From assembly GCA_049284935.1 (NCBI GenBank), contig JBAPYW010000042.1:5199-69198 (forward strand): a DNA stretch of 64,000 bases, given 5' to 3'. The notes under the pieces are model-generated. The model made no database searches, was not told the origin of the DNA, and worked only from the letters and a program-made list of their open reading frames with translations. Each line of letters begins with the position of its first letter. The stretch's first letter is position 1. A program made the position numbers and the translations under genes. Below are positions 8,582-18,400 of this stretch, piece after piece. This stretch comes from Xanthobacteraceae bacterium. Lineage in GTDB: Bacteria > Pseudomonadota > Alphaproteobacteria > Rhizobiales > Xanthobacteraceae.

Positions 8582-9271
8582 ATGATCGGCTTCCCCGACA
8601 AAGACGCGATCGCCGAACTGACGGCAAAGATGCTCATCGAGGTCGAGGCTGTCCGCTTCATGACCGACAAGCCGTTTATCTTCACCTCCGGCTGGGCGAG
8701 CCCGGTTTACACCGATTGCCGCAGGCTGATCTCGTTTCCGCGGGTGCGGCGGGCGCTGATCGACTTTGGCGTGGCGACGCTTGAGCGCGACGTCGGCTTC
8801 GAGCGGTTCGACGCGGTCGCCGGCGGTGAGACCGCCGGCATTGCGTTTGCGGCCTGGATGGCCGACCGCCTGATGCTGCCGATGCAATATGTGCGCAAAA
8901 AACCGAAGGGCTTCGGCCGCAATGCGCAGATCGAGGGCCACATCGAACCGGGCGCCCGCGTGCTGCTGGTCGAGGACATGACCACCGACGGCCGCAGCAA
9001 GGTCAATTTCTGCAAGGCGTTGCGCGGCGCCGGCGCCACGGTCGAGCACTGTTTCGTGTTCTTCTTCTACGACATCTTTCCCGAGGGCAAAAAAATCCTG
9101 GCCGAACTCGGCATCACGCTGCATTCGCTGGCGACCTGGTGGGACGTCTTGGAGGTGGCGAAGAAAAGCCGCCGGTTCGACAAGGGAAGACTGCGAGAAG
9201 CGGAAAAATTCATGAAGGACCCGGCCGCCTGGTCGAAGGCACATGGCGGCGCCGCCCAGGCGGCGGAGTAG
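8582..9271 (+). CDS. pyrE: orotate phosphoribosyltransferase
   Basis: PRPP-binding motif [14 protein letters not shown] and N-terminal [17 protein letters not shown] chose ATG 8582 (MIGFPDKD), preceded by a GGAGG/GAAAAGGAAA purine tract. The track ORF starts earlier and overlaps pyrC. Confidence 0.9.
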   Translation: MIGFPDKDAIAELTAKMLIEVEAVRFMTDKPFIFTSGWASPVYTDCRRLISFPRVRRALIDFGVATLERDVGFERFDAVAGGETAGIAFAAWMADRLMLPMQYVRKKPKGFGRNAQIEGHIEPGARVLLVEDMTTDGRSKVNFCKALRGAGATVEHCFVFFFYDIFPEGKKILAELGITLHSLATWWDVLEVAKKSRRFDKGRLREAEKFMKDPAAWSKAHGGAAQAAE

Positions 9272-10774
9272 ATGCCGCCCGACCAAGTCGCGGACGTGAT
9301 CGTCGTCGGCGCCGGCAATGCGGCGTTCTGCGCGGCGCTGTCGGCGCAGGAGCACGGCGCCAAGGTCGTGATGCTGGAAGCGGCGCCGCAGGAGGAGTCC
9401 GGCGGCAACAGCCGCTTCACCGCCGGCTCGATCCGCGTGGTCTATAATGGCGTCGCCGACATCGCGACGCTCGTCCCCGACCTCACGCCGGCGGAAATCG
9501 AGAGCACGGATTTCGGCACCTACACCGCCAACCAGTTCTTCGACGACATGGCGCGGGTCACGCAGCATCGCGCCGATCCCGATCTGGTCGAGCTTCTGGT
9601 GATGGAGAGCTTCGCGACGCTCAATTGGATGCGCGACAAGGGCGTGCGCTTCATTCCGATTTACGGCCGTCAGGCGTTCAAGATCAACGGCAAGTTCAAA
9701 TTTTGGGGCGGTTTGACGGTCGAAGTGGTCGGCGGCGGGCCGGGTCTGGTCGCCATGCTGACGGAGGCCGCGACGAAGCGCGGCATCGCCATCCGCTATC
9801 GGACGCGTGCGCTTGATCTCCTTTACGACGGCAACCGCGTCGAAGGCGTGCGGGTGCGCCAAGACGGCGCACTGCGTGAGCTACGCGCCGGCGCGGTGGT
9901 GCTCGCCTGCGGCGGCTTCGAGGCCAATCCGGAATGGCGCACGCGCTATCTGGGACCGCCGTGGGACCTCGCCAAGGTGCGCGGCACTCGCTACAACACC
10001 GGTGACGGCATCCGCATGGCGCTCGATATCGGCGGCTCGCCGTGCGGCAATTGGTCGGGCTGCCACGCCGTGCAATGGGAGATGAACGCGCCGGAGTTCG
10101 GCGATCTGTCGGTCGGCGATCAATTCCAGAAGCACTCTTATCCGTTCGGCATCCTGATCAACGCAACCGGCAAGCGTTTCGTCGACGAGGGCGCGGACTT
10201 TCGCAACTACACCTACGCCAAATACGGCCGCGCGGTGCTGGAGCAGCCCGGCCAGTTCGCCTGGCAGGTGTTCGACGGCAAAGTGAAGCACCTGCTGCGC
10301 GACGAATACCGGATTCGACAGGTCACCAAGGTGAGCGCGAACGGCATCGAGGAGTTTGCGCGGAAACTCGAAGGCGTGAATGCGGCGGAATTCCTCAAGA
10401 CCGTGAAAGAGTGGAACGCCGCAGTGCGCACCGACGTGCCGTTCAATCCGACCATCAAGGACGGGCGGTGCACGCGAGGTCTCGCCGTCGACAAAAGCAA
10501 CTGGGCGAACTTGATCGACACACCGCCGTTCGAGGGCTATGCGGTGACCTGCGGCATCACCTTCACCTTCGGCGGCTTGCGCATCAATAGCGGCGCGGCG
10601 GTGCTCGATACCGACCAGCAGCCGATCCGCGGCCTTTACGCCGCGGGCGAACTGGTCGGCGGCCTTTTTTACTTCAATTATCCCGGCGGCACCGGGCTCA
10701 TGTCCGGCGCCGTATTCGGAAAGATCGCCGGCAGTTCGGCCGCGCGGGACCATGGCGGGGGCGAACGAGCATGA
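9272..10774 (+). CDS. FAD-dependent tricarballylate dehydrogenase (TcuA)-like flavoprotein
   Basis: The dinucleotide fold DVIVVGAGNAAFCAALSA, ESGGNSRFTAGS and the C-terminal GLYAAGELVGG fit the TcuA/fumarate reductase flavoprotein-like family. The start abuts the pyrE stop. No tcuB-like partner gene is present. Confidence 0.8.
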   Translation: MPPDQVADVIVVGAGNAAFCAALSAQEHGAKVVMLEAAPQEESGGNSRFTAGSIRVVYNGVADIATLVPDLTPAEIESTDFGTYTANQFFDDMARVTQHRADPDLVELLVMESFATLNWMRDKGVRFIPIYGRQAFKINGKFKFWGGLTVEVVGGGPGLVAMLTEAATKRGIAIRYRTRALDLLYDGNRVEGVRVRQDGALRELRAGAVVLACGGFEANPEWRTRYLGPPWDLAKVRGTRYNTGDGIRMALDIGGSPCGNWSGCHAVQWEMNAPEFGDLSVGDQFQKHSYPFGILINATGKRFVDEGADFRNYTYAKYGRAVLEQPGQFAWQVFDGKVKHLLRDEYRIRQVTKVSANGIEEFARKLEGVNAAEFLKTVKEWNAAVRTDVPFNPTIKDGRCTRGLAVDKSNWANLIDTPPFEGYAVTCGITFTFGGLRINSGAAVLDTDQQPIRGLYAAGELVGGLFYFNYPGGTGLMSGAVFGKIAGSSAARDHGGGERA

Positions 10775-10784
10775 GCAATGATCG

Positions 10785-11153
10785 ATGAGTAATCCTTGGC
10801 CGACGGAACTGCGCCTGCACAAGGATCGTAAAACACTCGCGGTCACGTTCGACAACGGCGAAAGCTTCGAGCTGCCGGCTGAATATTTGCGCGTCCTCAG
10901 TCCAAGCGCCGAAGTGCAGGGCCATTCGCCGGCCGAGCGCCGTGTCGTCGCCGGCAAGCGCGACGTGCAGATACTGGAGGTGCAGCCGGTCGGCAACTAT
11001 GCCGTGCGGCTGGTTTTCGATGACCTGCACTCCACCGGGATTTTCAGTTGGGATTATTTGTTTGAGCTCGGCCGGAATCACGAACAATATTGGCGCGACT
11101 ATCTCGACGAGCTGCAACAAAAAAATCTGTCGCGCCTACCGCCGGGACGCTGA
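10785..11153 (+). CDS. DUF971 domain protein (gamma-butyrobetaine hydroxylase-like N-terminal domain)
   Basis: 122-aa ORF. The pattern LAVTFDNGESFELPAEYLRV.SPSAEVQGH...VGNYAVRLVFDDLHSTGIFSWDYL is the DUF971 signature. Confidence 0.8.
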   Translation: MSNPWPTELRLHKDRKTLAVTFDNGESFELPAEYLRVLSPSAEVQGHSPAERRVVAGKRDVQILEVQPVGNYAVRLVFDDLHSTGIFSWDYLFELGRNHEQYWRDYLDELQQKNLSRLPPGR

Positions 11154-11183
11154 CGCCCCGCCGGGATGCGTTGGTCAGCGTCC
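11145..11183. terminator. 10-bp-stem hairpin shared by convergent genes
   Basis: GGACGCTGAC (11145-11154) pairs with GTCAGCGTCC (11174-11183), followed by GTTTGAC. It overlaps the stop codons of both flanking genes. The U-tract is weak. Confidence 0.35.
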
Positions 11184-11402
11184 GTTTGACGGCACGCTGT
11201 CTGTTTCCGCCCGTGTGGCCGGCCCGTTCGTGGAGCCGACCGCGGGCGGCATCATATGCGCCAAGTGATTGCTGCGGCCCCAGCCGCGACCCTGGCCCGC
11301 CCAACCCCAGCCGACTAGAATCACCACAATGACCGCGGCCAAAATCGCGAAACCCCAGCCCGCGTTTGTTCCGGATGGCATCGGTGGCCTGTCATCGGGC
11401 AT
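11175..11402 (-). CDS. small membrane protein (hypothetical)
   Basis: 75-aa ORF with ATG 11402 preceded by GGAGA at 5-nt spacing. It has one hydrophobic helix (WGFAILAAVIVVILVGWGW), and codon third positions are mostly G/C. Confidence 0.45.
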   Translation of the reverse strand: MPDDRPPMPSGTNAGWGFAILAAVIVVILVGWGWAGQGRGWGRSNHLAHMMPPAVGSTNGPATRAETDSVPSNGR

Positions 11403-11456
11403 CGCTGTCTCCGTGATTGTGGTTCACCCTCACGGTCCGCAACGCGGTTCCGAAAC

Positions 11457-11702
11457 TCAGAAATACTCGTCTACCAGAAACAATGCGCCGGTCAGTGTCG
11501 CGCCAGTACCGAAAACACACGCGATCGTGAGCAGAATGCCGAGCCGTGCCAACGCGCCAATATGAGCGTCGACAAAACCGTCGGCTTGCAACGCGCCGCT
11601 GTACAGCAATAGTCCAGCGAAGATAACACCCAGCGTTATTCCCATCATCCCATGCCACAGCAATTTGCGGAAGGGCAGCCTTGGTTCACGAGAATCCGGC
11701 AT
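11457..11702 (-). CDS. small two-helix membrane protein (hypothetical)
   Basis: I chose internal ATG 11702 (MPDSREPRLPF...), giving 81 aa with two hydrophobic segments. The longer 150-aa track ORF has an implausible N-terminus. No clear SD sequence. Confidence 0.4.
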   Translation of the reverse strand: MPDSREPRLPFRKLLWHGMMGITLGVIFAGLLLYSGALQADGFVDAHIGALARLGILLTIACVFGTGATLTGALFLVDEYF

Positions 11703-12302
11703 GATCGGCGAGGGCAGAGAATTCGCTTTTCGAGACAACCGATTATGTCGCGAAACGTTCCTCGCTTTGGCCGGCGGTTGGCAATCGCGGCGACAAAAGG
11801 ACGCGCCATGAAGAGCGGTGCACCCGGCATCGTAACGATCAGTCAACCTGGGTTCGGCATCATCAAGGCAGTGTCGGGGAGGGGCGTACGATGGGGCGCC
11901 GGCCGACATCAGGACGGCCTTGGCCCTTTCCCTCAGGGCCGAGGCCGTTCGCTTTTACCCCGCAGTTTGCCGCTTTCAGCTGTTCATCGTTGCCCGTGAC
12001 GTCGAAATAGCCGGCGAAATCGCCTGCCGGTTATGACAACCGTCGAGCGTTAAACCCGCCGCAGGCTCCGCCCTCGTCGGGGAATGCCGACGGCAGCCGC
12101 CTTCCCGCAGGCCCCGTGATGCCGCAAAATCCTGGGCGGTCTCGCATGGCGGCGATTTTTAATGCGCATGGTTGACGGAGCGTTGCCGCAGCCCTGGCGA
12201 TCAGCCGGGCTTCGAGCATGTGGCGCACACGATGGCTTTTCGACTAACATCTCCGGCGGGAAGCGATGGCGACTAGGTCACCACGCAAAGGGAGGAAATC
12301 CA

Positions 12303-12839
12303 ATGAAGATTTGCACTTGGACTGTTGCGCTGTTGGCGAGCGGCTTACTCACGGCCGGCGCGGGGCATGCCCAACAGCCTGCGGCGCCGGCGGCAAGCCC
12401 GTCCGACGTCGTGCCCGAAAAGATGCCCTTCAATACGCCTTATGGCGCCGCGATCTCGTTGGACAAAGCCCAAGCCGCCGTACAGGCGGCTGTCGCCGAA
12501 GCCAACAAGCGTGGCTGGCCGTTGAACGTCGCCGTTGTCGATTCCGGCGGCAGTCTTGTCAGCTTCGCGCGCATGGACGGCGCGCAACTGGCCTCGATTG
12601 CGATCGCTCAGCACAAAGCACGTGCGGCGGCAAAATTCCGCCGGCCAACGAAAATCTTCGAAGAAGCGATACAAAAGGGCTTCGTCTACATCACGACGCT
12701 CGACGGCGTCATCGCTTCGCGCGGCGGCATCCCCTTGGTCGAGGGCGGCAAGCTTATCGGCGCGATCGGCTGCTCCGGCGGCACCGGCTCTCAAGACGAG
12801 GTAGTGTGCACGGCGGGCGCGGCCACGATCAATAAGTGA
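12303..12839 (+). CDS. GlcG/HbpS-like heme-binding protein (DUF336) with signal peptide
   Basis: Starts at ATG 12303 (MKICTWTVALLASGLLTAGAGHAQ). The motifs VAVVDSGGSLVSFARMDGA...IAQHKARAAA...GGIPL...GAIGCSGGTGSQDE are characteristic of DUF336. Confidence 0.85.
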   Translation: MKICTWTVALLASGLLTAGAGHAQQPAAPAASPSDVVPEKMPFNTPYGAAISLDKAQAAVQAAVAEANKRGWPLNVAVVDSGGSLVSFARMDGAQLASIAIAQHKARAAAKFRRPTKIFEEAIQKGFVYITTLDGVIASRGGIPLVEGGKLIGAIGCSGGTGSQDEVVCTAGAATINK

Positions 12840-12932
12840 GCTCGATGGCGGCGCGCGGATAATTTGTTCGGCTGTCGGCGCCGGGCTTTTCAGGTACGTT
12901 CTGATCCTCGGCGGGGGTGCAACGGGAGCGGC

Positions 12933-13817
12933 ATGACGCGGCGCAAGTTCATGATGCTGCTCGGTGGCAGCGCCGCGGTGTTGCCGTGGCCGCTCCCTCG
13001 GGGGTTCTCTTGGCTGTCGCCTTGGCCGCTCGCGGCGCGTGCGCAAAATCCACCGAAGCTAAACCCTGCCGCCGCCGATCAGGTCGGTCAGGTCGCCACC
13101 CTGCAAGGCAGCACGACGGTGAGCCGCGCCAATACCACCGCGGCTATCGCGCTGCGAGTCAACGACCCGATCTTCAAGAACGATGCGCTTGAGACCGGCG
13201 CCAATTCCTCGCTCGGCGTCACCTTCAACGACGAGACGACGTTCAGCCTCTCCGCCAATACCCGCATCGTCGTCAGTGAATTCGTTTATCAGGAAGGCGG
13301 CAAAGCCAATGCCGCCTCGTTCAACGTCGCGCTCGGCACCGCCGCCTTCGTGGCGAGCCTTGTGGCCAAGACCGGCGACATGAAGATCACGACGCCGACC
13401 GCGACGCTGGGTATTCGCGGCACTACCGGCGTGGTCGATGTGCCGGCAGCGGGCGGCGCGGCCGAACCCAGGATCAAGCTTTATCCGGACGCCGACGGGA
13501 ATGTCGGCCGGATCGAGGTGTTCAACCGGCAGGGCGGGCGCCTCGGCGCTCTGACTGAAGGCGGCAGCGCCTTTGCCCTCCGGCCCGGCCCCGGCGGCCG
13601 ATTGGAGGCCGTGCCGTTTCAGATTCCGCCGCAGGAAGCCGCCCGCGACCGCGGCGTGCTGCAGCGGTTGTTCGTCTCACACAGGATCGGACGGCAGATG
13701 ACCATCCAGCGGCGTGGCTCGCGCGGAGGCAGCCGGGGTGGTCCGCAACCGAACCGCAATCCGCGCGCGCCCGGGCGGCTGCAGCCGCGCCGCGGCGGGC
13801 GGTTGCTGCGGCGTTAG
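12933..13817 (+). CDS. FecR domain-containing protein (secreted or periplasmic)
   Basis: Starts at ATG 12933 (MTRRKFMMLLGGSAAVL). The segment VATLQGSTTVSRANTTAAIALRVNDPIFKNDALETGANSSLGVTFNDETTFSLSANTRIVV is the FecR sensor-domain pattern. The tail is Arg/Gly-rich. Confidence 0.75.
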   Translation: MTRRKFMMLLGGSAAVLPWPLPRGFSWLSPWPLAARAQNPPKLNPAAADQVGQVATLQGSTTVSRANTTAAIALRVNDPIFKNDALETGANSSLGVTFNDETTFSLSANTRIVVSEFVYQEGGKANAASFNVALGTAAFVASLVAKTGDMKITTPTATLGIRGTTGVVDVPAAGGAAEPRIKLYPDADGNVGRIEVFNRQGGRLGALTEGGSAFALRPGPGGRLEAVPFQIPPQEAARDRGVLQRLFVSHRIGRQMTIQRRGSRGGSRGGPQPNRNPRAPGRLQPRRGGRLLRR

Positions 13818-13842
13818 CGTCTCGACGCGGAGGAAGAGCGGA

Positions 13843-15039
13843 TTGGGTTTTGCTCGAAGCCACCGGCGCCTGGGATATTTGCTGGCCGCCACGCTCCTGG
13901 CGTCGCCCGCGGCAGGCCGCGCGCAGCCCGCCGATCAGGGCAATCAACCGGTGCTCGCGCCGCCGGCGCTGGCCGCCGCGATGGCGCGGTATCGCCGCGA
14001 TTTGGCCGCGTACATGCAGGCGCAGGCGAGCTACACCGCCGCGGCCGAAGCTTACTGGAGCGCAATCGCGGAAAAGCGGCATCTGCGCGCCGCCAAGCGC
14101 GCGCGCCACGAGTCGATTTCGCTCGACGATTACGTGCTCACGCAGCCGCCGGTTTATAGCGGGCCGCCGAAGCCGCGCGATCCTTCGAAACCCCATGAAG
14201 AAGCGCCGCCGGCGCCGGCGATTTACGTGCCTGTGGTCGCCGATTTTCTCGTTGCGGCACAGCGCGAATTCAAATTCATGCCGCGCCGGCCGCAAAGCGA
14301 CAGCGAGTTCAAACACGCCTACGCCAAGGTCGCGCTGGCGGCCGGGCTGACCAAAGAGCAGATCGTCCGCATCTACGGCTTCGAGGCCGCCGGCAACGGC
14401 GATTACGACGTCCAGGCCGGGCTTGAATACAACAAGCGGGCGCGCGCCATCACCACGGCGCTTGGCTACAATCAGTTGCTGGCGACGAATACCGTCGAGA
14501 TCGTCGCCGAGAAAGGCGCGCAGTTCGTCCGCAGCCTGGAAGCGCACGCCGCGCAATTGGCGGCGGCCGAGAAACAGGCTTTGCAGAGCAAGCTGGCGAT
14601 CGTCCGCCGGATGATCGATTTCAGCAAAAGCGTTCCCGATGATTGGAACGAGCACCAGATGCTGGCGAACACGCCGAAGGGTCTCGGCGTTCATGCACTG
14701 AATTTGGACCTCGACGTCGGACCCTTGCTGCAAACCCAGAAGCTTTTAGACTCGATCGTGTTCGCCCGCCGCAAGGGCTACGGCAAGATGCTCAGCGCCG
14801 CGGAGCTTGAAATGATGAATTTGACCGGCGACGGCAACGGCTTCGATATGATCGTGATGCCGCTCACCTGGCGCGACCAGGTGCCGACCGCGAACTTCTT
14901 CCAGCGTCACGGCTATGCGGACAATCCCGTCGCCCAGCGCAACAATGTCGTCGGGAAATTGATGGCGGCGACCGACGCGCGCATGGATCAGGAAGTCAGC
15001 AAACCCGGCGCGAAAGAAATGGCGGCGGCGTTGCGGTGA
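13843..15039 (+). CDS. secreted hypothetical protein (possible lysozyme-like fold; unassigned)
   Basis: The reading frame is open from 13714. I propose TTG 13843, preceded by GGAGGAAG, giving the signal-like N-terminus LGFARSHRRLGYLLAATLLASPAAGRAQ. I recognise no family. YGFEAAGNG...ALGYNQLL is vaguely like the E...G(L/Y)xQ motif of lytic transglycosylases. Confidence 0.6.
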   Translation: MGFARSHRRLGYLLAATLLASPAAGRAQPADQGNQPVLAPPALAAAMARYRRDLAAYMQAQASYTAAAEAYWSAIAEKRHLRAAKRARHESISLDDYVLTQPPVYSGPPKPRDPSKPHEEAPPAPAIYVPVVADFLVAAQREFKFMPRRPQSDSEFKHAYAKVALAAGLTKEQIVRIYGFEAAGNGDYDVQAGLEYNKRARAITTALGYNQLLATNTVEIVAEKGAQFVRSLEAHAAQLAAAEKQALQSKLAIVRRMIDFSKSVPDDWNEHQMLANTPKGLGVHALNLDLDVGPLLQTQKLLDSIVFARRKGYGKMLSAAELEMMNLTGDGNGFDMIVMPLTWRDQVPTANFFQRHGYADNPVAQRNNVVGKLMAATDARMDQEVSKPGAKEMAAALR

Positions 15040-15070
15040 TTGTGGCCGAAGTTGCAAAGCGTGCGAAGGC

Positions 15071-15145
15071 TGGTGGGCGCTGTAGGGATTGAACCTACGA
15101 CCTCTCCCGTGTGAAGGGAACGCTCTCCCGCTGAGCTAAGCGCCC
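15071..15145 (-). tRNA. tRNA-Val (anticodon CAC)
   Basis: The reverse complement folds as a canonical 75-nt cloverleaf: GGGCGCT/AGCGCCC acceptor, GCTC/GAGC D-stem, anticodon loop TTCACAC, T-arm GTAGG-TTCAATC-CCTAC, and encoded ACCA. Confidence 0.95.
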
Positions 15146-15211
15146 GCCCCGATCGGGACGGCGATATAAGAAGCGGCGCGGCGCGGGTGTCAAGCGACGC
15201 TTCGGATGGTT

Positions 15212-16480
15212 TTAATTCGACGCCACGCGCGAGGCGCCGGACTGCAAGGCGCGGATGCGGTCGGCGAGCGTGCCTTTGCCTTGTTGCGGGGCATCGATCG
15301 GGGCGCCGGTGTCGTCCCTCCTGCCGTTGATGGCGCGGTCGAAGCCCGGCACCGCGGCGGCGAGCATCGACTCGATCGGCGAGCCGGGACCTTCCAGCGC
15401 GGCAGTGAGCCGCGCGACTTCGGCGGCGACGTCGTTGATGCGCTCGCGCAACAGCGCGTTCTCGACCCGCTCGGCGGCCCAGGCCGTTTCCGCCTCGCGC
15501 TTCATGGTGACGATCTCGCGCTGCAGCTTGGCGCGCTCGTCGAGCGCGGCCGCGAGCTGCGCTTCGAGTTGGCTGAAGTCGGCGAGGAACCGGTCCGCAT
15601 CGCCGCCACCGCCGACATTGTTGGTCTCGTCGCGCAGACCGATCTTGCTCGCGGTCGCGAGCTCGCCGCGCAGCTGGCCGATCTCGAATTCGCGTTCCGC
15701 CAGCAAGCGGCTTTGCTCGCCGAGCCGTGTTTCCAGCTCCTGTACGCGGCGGCCGAGCAGCTCCGCTTCGGTCGTCTGCGCCACGAGCTGCCGCTCGAGC
15801 TCGGCGGTGTGCGCGGCGAGCTCATCGAGCTTGCCGCGGGCCTCGTTCAATTGGTTGGCCGCGGCCTCGGCGTCGCCGCGCTCGCGCGTGAGGCGGTCTT
15901 CGGTCGTCCGCACGGCGCGCTCGTAGTCGGCGACGCTGAGCTTCATCGTTTCGACCTGGGTGCGCACCGAAGCGAGTTCGACGCGCTGGCTGTCGGCCAG
16001 GATCGAGCGCTCGCCGAGCTCGGCGACGAGCTTGGCGAGCTCCGCCTCCTTGTCGGCGAGCGCGCGCTCGGCTTCGCGCAGCGCGCTCGATTTGAGCGCA
16101 AACTCGTCCTCGGTGGCGCCCAGCTGATGGCGCAGATGCTTTTCGCGCGCTTCCAACGACGTGATCGCGGTCGTCTTCTCGCCGAGTTCTTTCTTGAGTT
16201 GGTTGATGGCGTCGCTCTTCTTGCCGAGCTCGGCGAGCTGGGACGTCGTCCTGGTCTTCATCTGCTCGACGCTCATTTCGAGCCGGCGCGTCGACATGGC
16301 GAACTCGGCGCGCAACTGATCCTTGTCGGCGCGGATTTCGGCGATCGAGAGCGGCGTCGCCGCTTCCAGGCGCCGCATCGTCAGGCGCACGGCGCGGTTA
16401 TGCACCAGCGGGACGAACAACAGTCCGAGCAACGCCGCAACCAGGAACCCGATCCCGAAATACATGATCGGTTCGACCAT
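15212..16480 (-). CDS. membrane-anchored coiled-coil protein (hypothetical)
   Basis: An N-terminal TM segment (MVEPIMYFGIGFLVAALLGLLFVPLV) is followed by about 350 aa of heptad-like Glu/Leu/Arg/Ala-rich sequence. ATG 16480 is preferred; 16522 is an alternative. The 429-aa plus-strand ORF (15206-16495) is its antisense shadow. Confidence 0.7.
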   Translation of the reverse strand: MVEPIMYFGIGFLVAALLGLLFVPLVHNRAVRLTMRRLEAATPLSIAEIRADKDQLRAEFAMSTRRLEMSVEQMKTRTTSQLAELGKKSDAINQLKKELGEKTTAITSLEAREKHLRHQLGATEDEFALKSSALREAERALADKEAELAKLVAELGERSILADSQRVELASVRTQVETMKLSVADYERAVRTTEDRLTRERGDAEAAANQLNEARGKLDELAAHTAELERQLVAQTTEAELLGRRVQELETRLGEQSRLLAEREFEIGQLRGELATASKIGLRDETNNVGGGGDADRFLADFSQLEAQLAAALDERAKLQREIVTMKREAETAWAAERVENALLRERINDVAAEVARLTAALEGPGSPIESMLAAAVPGFDRAINGRRDDTGAPIDAPQQGKGTLADRIRALQSGASRVASN

Positions 16481-16646
16481 GACATCACTCTTTAAAGCTG
16501 TCCCGCCGTGCGCGCTCACCATGCCACGCGGAGGCGGGCTCCACCACGTTCACCAAGCGTTAACCTAAACCGAGAACCGCCGCGGCGCCAGAAACAACAA
16601 CCTGCACGACCGAGTGTTGCGCCGCATCAAGGGCGGCAGCTGGCGA

Positions 16647-17264
16647 TCAAAATGGATTCCAGGTGGGCTGCGGCGTGAATTTCACATAGCCGACATTGGC
16701 CCCCAGGCGCAGCCCGACGCCCGAGCGGATCGGCACGACCACGATATCGTTGGCCGTCAGCGCCGTCATGCCGAAGCCGCCGACGAAATAGGCCGAGCCG
16801 TCGACGCCGCCGAACCGCTCGAAGATCGCCTCGGTTCGCGGCAGGTTATAGACCAGCATCATGGTCCGCGCGCCGTCGGCGCCGGCATCGAAGCCAAGCG
16901 ACGGCCCTTGCCAGTATACGCGCTTGTCGCCGGCATTCTTGGTGTAGAGCGTGCCGTCGCCATAACGCAGGCCGCCGACAAAGGCGCCGCCGGCTTCCTC
17001 GCCGAGGATATAGCCGTTCGGTTGCCCCCACTGGCTCACTGCCTTCTCGACGACCGAGGCGAGCCCCCGCGACACGCCGCCGAAGAAGTGATGGCCGGTT
17101 TCGATCAGTTCGCCCGGCGAGAACTGATTAGTCGCCGGCGGCTGCGGCGGCAGCGAGGACGATTGGCCGGCTGCCGGCGGCGGTGCGGTCTGCGCGCCCG
17201 CCGTGCCGGCTCCCAGGCCGGCAACAAGCAAGGCGATCGTGGCGCACCGCAAGGCAAGATCCAT
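16647..17264 (-). CDS. DUF1134 domain periplasmic protein (EipA-like)
   Basis: ATG 17264 is preceded by GGGGGA. It has a signal peptide (MDLALRCATIALLVAGLGAGTAGAQ). GYILGEEAGGAFVGGLRYGDGTLY...GPSLGFDAGADG...YFVGGFGMT matches the DUF1134 pattern. Confidence 0.8.
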   Translation of the reverse strand: MDLALRCATIALLVAGLGAGTAGAQTAPPPAAGQSSSLPPQPPATNQFSPGELIETGHHFFGGVSRGLASVVEKAVSQWGQPNGYILGEEAGGAFVGGLRYGDGTLYTKNAGDKRVYWQGPSLGFDAGADGARTMMLVYNLPRTEAIFERFGGVDGSAYFVGGFGMTALTANDIVVVPIRSGVGLRLGANVGYVKFTPQPTWNPF

Positions 17265-17438
17265 CGAGTGTCCCCCGGCTAAACCCTCACCCGCATCCGC
17301 GTCACGCGCGATAGCCCGCTGGCACAAGCCGATGCGAATCAATCGATCTTTTGCCAAAACTATGACCGCAGCACGGCAATAACGGAAGCGGTGCGGCGCG
17401 GCGGCATGGGCAGTGTTTAGCGGATGCGCCATACGCGC

Positions 17439-18251
17439 TCAGCCGCCAATCGGGGTGGCGGCGGCCGGATCACCCCAGGCGACAAACGCCGGAATCCGCA
17501 AGGCGGGGCTGCCATAGATAAGGGATGTGCCATCCGGCGCGACCACGGCGCCGCCTGCCGCCGCCAAGATCGCGTGCCCGGCCGCCGCGTCCCAGTCCCG
17601 CGTCGGCCCGAGCCGTGGATAGAGGTCGGCGGCGCCTTCGGCCAGACGGCAGAATTTCAACGAGGAACCGCAGGGAATGCGCCGCGCCCGCGGCAAGCCT
17701 TCGAGATATTTTTCGGTTCGCGCATCGAGGTGCGAGCGGCTGACCATGACGAGGAGGTCACCCTCGGGGCGAGGCCGCGTGCGGATGGCGTGCGGCGGTG
17801 AGGTTTGTCGCGAGGAAAATTCCAGCCGCTCGGCGCCGCGGCCGACGACCCCGCGCCAGATAAGGCCAAGGGCCGGCGCCGTAATGACGCCGAGAATGGG
17901 CGCGCCATCGGAAACCACCGCGATATTGATCGTATATTCATCGCGGCCGGCAATGTATTCGCGCGTGCCGTCCACCGGGTCGACCAGGATGACGCTTGCG
18001 CTCGCGATGGCTGGCTTCGCGCGTTCCGCTTGCTCCTCCGAGATGACCGGCAAGGCCGGAGCAAGATGCGCCAGGCCGTCGCGGATCACCACCTCCGCGG
18101 CTTCGTCCGCCGCCGTCACCGGCGAGCCGTCGGCTTTGATGCGGACGCTGCCTGGCCCGTGCAAGCGCCGGATCGCATCCGCCGCGGCCAGGCTCGTTGC
18201 GGTCATCGCCTCGATCAGTTCGGCGCATGCGGCGGGGTCGAATGTGGACAC
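17439..18251 (-). CDS. cysQ: 3'(2'),5'-bisphosphate nucleotidase (inositol monophosphatase superfamily)
   Basis: Motifs KADGSPVTAADEAAE, VDPVDGTREY and WDAAAGHAIL are present. I chose GTG 18251, preceded by AAGGAAG. The track ORF starts 29 codons earlier. Confidence 0.8.
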   Translation of the reverse strand: MSTFDPAACAELIEAMTATSLAAADAIRRLHGPGSVRIKADGSPVTAADEAAEVVIRDGLAHLAPALPVISEEQAERAKPAIASASVILVDPVDGTREYIAGRDEYTINIAVVSDGAPILGVITAPALGLIWRGVVGRGAERLEFSSRQTSPPHAIRTRPRPEGDLLVMVSRSHLDARTEKYLEGLPRARRIPCGSSLKFCRLAEGAADLYPRLGPTRDWDAAAGHAILAAAGGAVVAPDGTSLIYGSPALRIPAFVAWGDPAAATPIGG

Positions 18252-18400
18252 GGGCGCTTCCTTGGGTCCGATGGCACGACAACCGCAGCCGGCGGGCAAA
18301 GGGGGATGCCGTTTAGCATAGGCGTGCGGAAACGGCACGATTGCCGAATCGGCCGGGCTGTGACACGGACGAAACCCATCACAATTGAGCGGAGCTTGTC

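Noticed and set aside
7359-9862. Long minus-strand ORFs (422 aa and 444 aa) opposite pyrC, pyrE and the tcuA-like gene.
   Set aside because: They are antisense shadows of strongly supported genes, with Arg/Gly/Asp/His-rich translations and no motifs.
15206-16495. A 429-aa plus-strand ORF, with a nested 223-aa ORF.
   Set aside because: It is exactly antisense to the coiled-coil gene. Its translation is low-complexity and Arg/Ala/Gly/Leu-rich with no motif. Such stop-free antisense frames are expected in GC-rich, periodic coding DNA.
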